In this document: positions 62,512-64,000 of the stretch, in pieces
How positions within the stretch are numbered: position 1 is the stretch's first letter
Layout: every line of letters starts with the position of its first letter
Source of the DNA: Batkoa obscura
Lineage: Eukaryota
Direction: 5' to 3'
DNA length: 64,000 nt
Assembly (NCBI GenBank): GCA_030770535.1
Contig: JASVEC010000016.1
Span: forward strand, 434,001 to 498,000
The notes under the pieces: model-generated
The model's database searches: none
Told to the model about the DNA's origin: nothing
What the model saw: only the letters and a program-made list of their open reading frames with translations
Translations under genes and position numbers: made by a program

Positions 62512-62907
62512 ATATGATACTTATAGGCCTTAAGAAACCAAAAAACAAAAAGTTGATTCTAAGAGTTGCCATAAACCAAATCTCAATAGAGTTGCAGTAG
62601 TAGCATCTAAACTAAATTTAGCAGTACAAGTTAGGTTTTTGATGGTTCAAAAGTTCACATTTAATAAAATATTGTTCAAGTATCTTTATATAAATAAAAA
62701 ACGTTTTTTCTAAATGTAGTAATTTGACAAAGGTGTTAACTTTGCACACTATTAAATAAAGCTCACAAAGTGTATAATTGAGCTTATATATAAAAATAAA
62801 AACATATATACTATACAAGTATATATAAGAGCTGACTTAGCTGGGAATAATTCTTCCAAACTTCAAAATGTTTACAATAAATATAGACGATTCATCTATC
62901 AACATAT

Positions 62908-63006
62908 GGGGATGTATTTTTGTATTTAAGAATTTTATTAGCAATTTTTCCACTCAAATAGTGCTTAAAAAGTAGAAAAAGTAATGAACCCAAAAAAAAC
63001 AGCCCC
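62908..63006. mobile_element. MITE (first of tandem pair)
   Basis: GGGGATGT...ACAGCCCC, ATAT TSD. Confidence 0.92.
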
Positions 63007-63010
63007 ATAT

Positions 63011-63107
63011 GGAGATGTATTTTTATGTTTGAGAATTTTATTAACAATTTTTTTGCTTAAACAGCACTCAAAAAAGGAAAAATAATGAAATCGAAAAAAG
63101 CATCCCC
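63011..63107. mobile_element. MITE (second of tandem pair, shares ATAT)
   Basis: GGAGATGT...GCATCCCC, ATAT TSD. Confidence 0.92.
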
Positions 63108-64000
63108 ATATGGTTTATCGATCTGATGTAACCACAAGAACTAAGTTAAAAGTATGTACTTTATTTATACAATGATATAGTATTTAACCATGAGTATATC
63201 TAATTTTATAAAATAAAAATAAGTCTTATTCATTAAAAAATTTTACCTTTGTATTACTAACTTATTTCAAATACGAGGTTGAGCATTTTCAACTCTGTAT
63301 TTGTTGGATACGGAAATACAAGCGTTGCAATCAAATTTAGCGAATTTGAAGTTGAGAATCCCGAGTCTTGTGCTCAAATCGGACCAGTAATACTTGTAAA
63401 TGAAATTGATATTCTTTAACGTCAAATTATTAAAAAGTGAATAGTGCTACATAACCCTTATAATATTAAAATTTCGGCTTAATGGAGGTCATTATAGTAT
63501 AAGGCCCAAAAAGCAAATTGCTCGCTAATATTAGCATCTGCTTAACCAGACATTATATCCGGCGATTTTACGGACCTTTGAGAAAACAAAAATAAAATTT
63601 CTTTTCAATAATAAATAGTAATCTTAACTTAATATTAACCAAGAAAAGAACTTGAAATGTTCCTATTAGCTTATTAAAGTGCCACCAATAGCTTAATTAA
63701 AAACCATCGAATTTAATTTAAATTAGTAAATATACGAGTATTATAGAATCAACCGAAAGTGGAGTTCTAAATATATTTATTTTTGGGTCTTTTGCTTTTG
63801 CTAGCATCTTTAATACATAAGGATACAAAAGGATTTTATTTTTTTATCTTAATTTGTCACGAATCGAAGTTTTATAAACCAAAAACAAGTTCATTTTCGT
63901 ATTATTTATTGAAATAAATGAGTTCAAGTGAGGCAGTTAGTGGTCTTACTTCAATATCTAATGGCTTAAATGTACTAAGTATAGTCTCTTCAGTAATTGT

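Noticed and set aside
62908..63107. CRISPR-like repeat array
   Set aside because: Repeats are whole MITEs without unique spacers; eukaryotic context and no cas genes

Overview
This window is very AT-rich eukaryotic DNA with short (~40-70 nt) spliceosomal introns. It is fungal and probably from an early-diverging, Entomophthoromycotina-like lineage (inference from the gene set and composition). Housekeeping genes: SRP receptor beta, a Cdc3-type septin, POM33/TMEM33, a WKF-domain protein, an Aim18/46-like chalcone-isomerase-fold protein, a GIGYF/Smy2-like GYF protein, SF3B6/p14, PTPA (RRD2-like), RPA2, tRNA-Tyr(GTA) with a 9-nt intron, and tRNA-Ala(TGC). These are interleaved with lineage-expanded families: a His-brace LPMO-like secreted protein, two kelch-like membrane proteins, a fungal-TF-like gene plus pseudogene, a subtilisin lacking its catalytic His and Ser, two aldo-keto reductases, three Gly/Lys-rich secreted paralogs, and a GPCR-like gene plus pseudogene. 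Mobile DNA: two defective ~2.1-2.5 kb Sola-like DNA transposons (GGGG termini, 4-bp AT-rich TSD), about 22 copies of a related ~97-bp MITE, and two inverted ~465-bp solo LTRs. Most notable observations: an intergenic, highly structured ~200-nt RNA candidate with an Sm site at ~18.56-18.76 kb that matches no snRNA I recognise; a structured RNA element with a compensatory base-pair change in the 3' region of the Sola-like transposons; and the pseudo-subtilisin.
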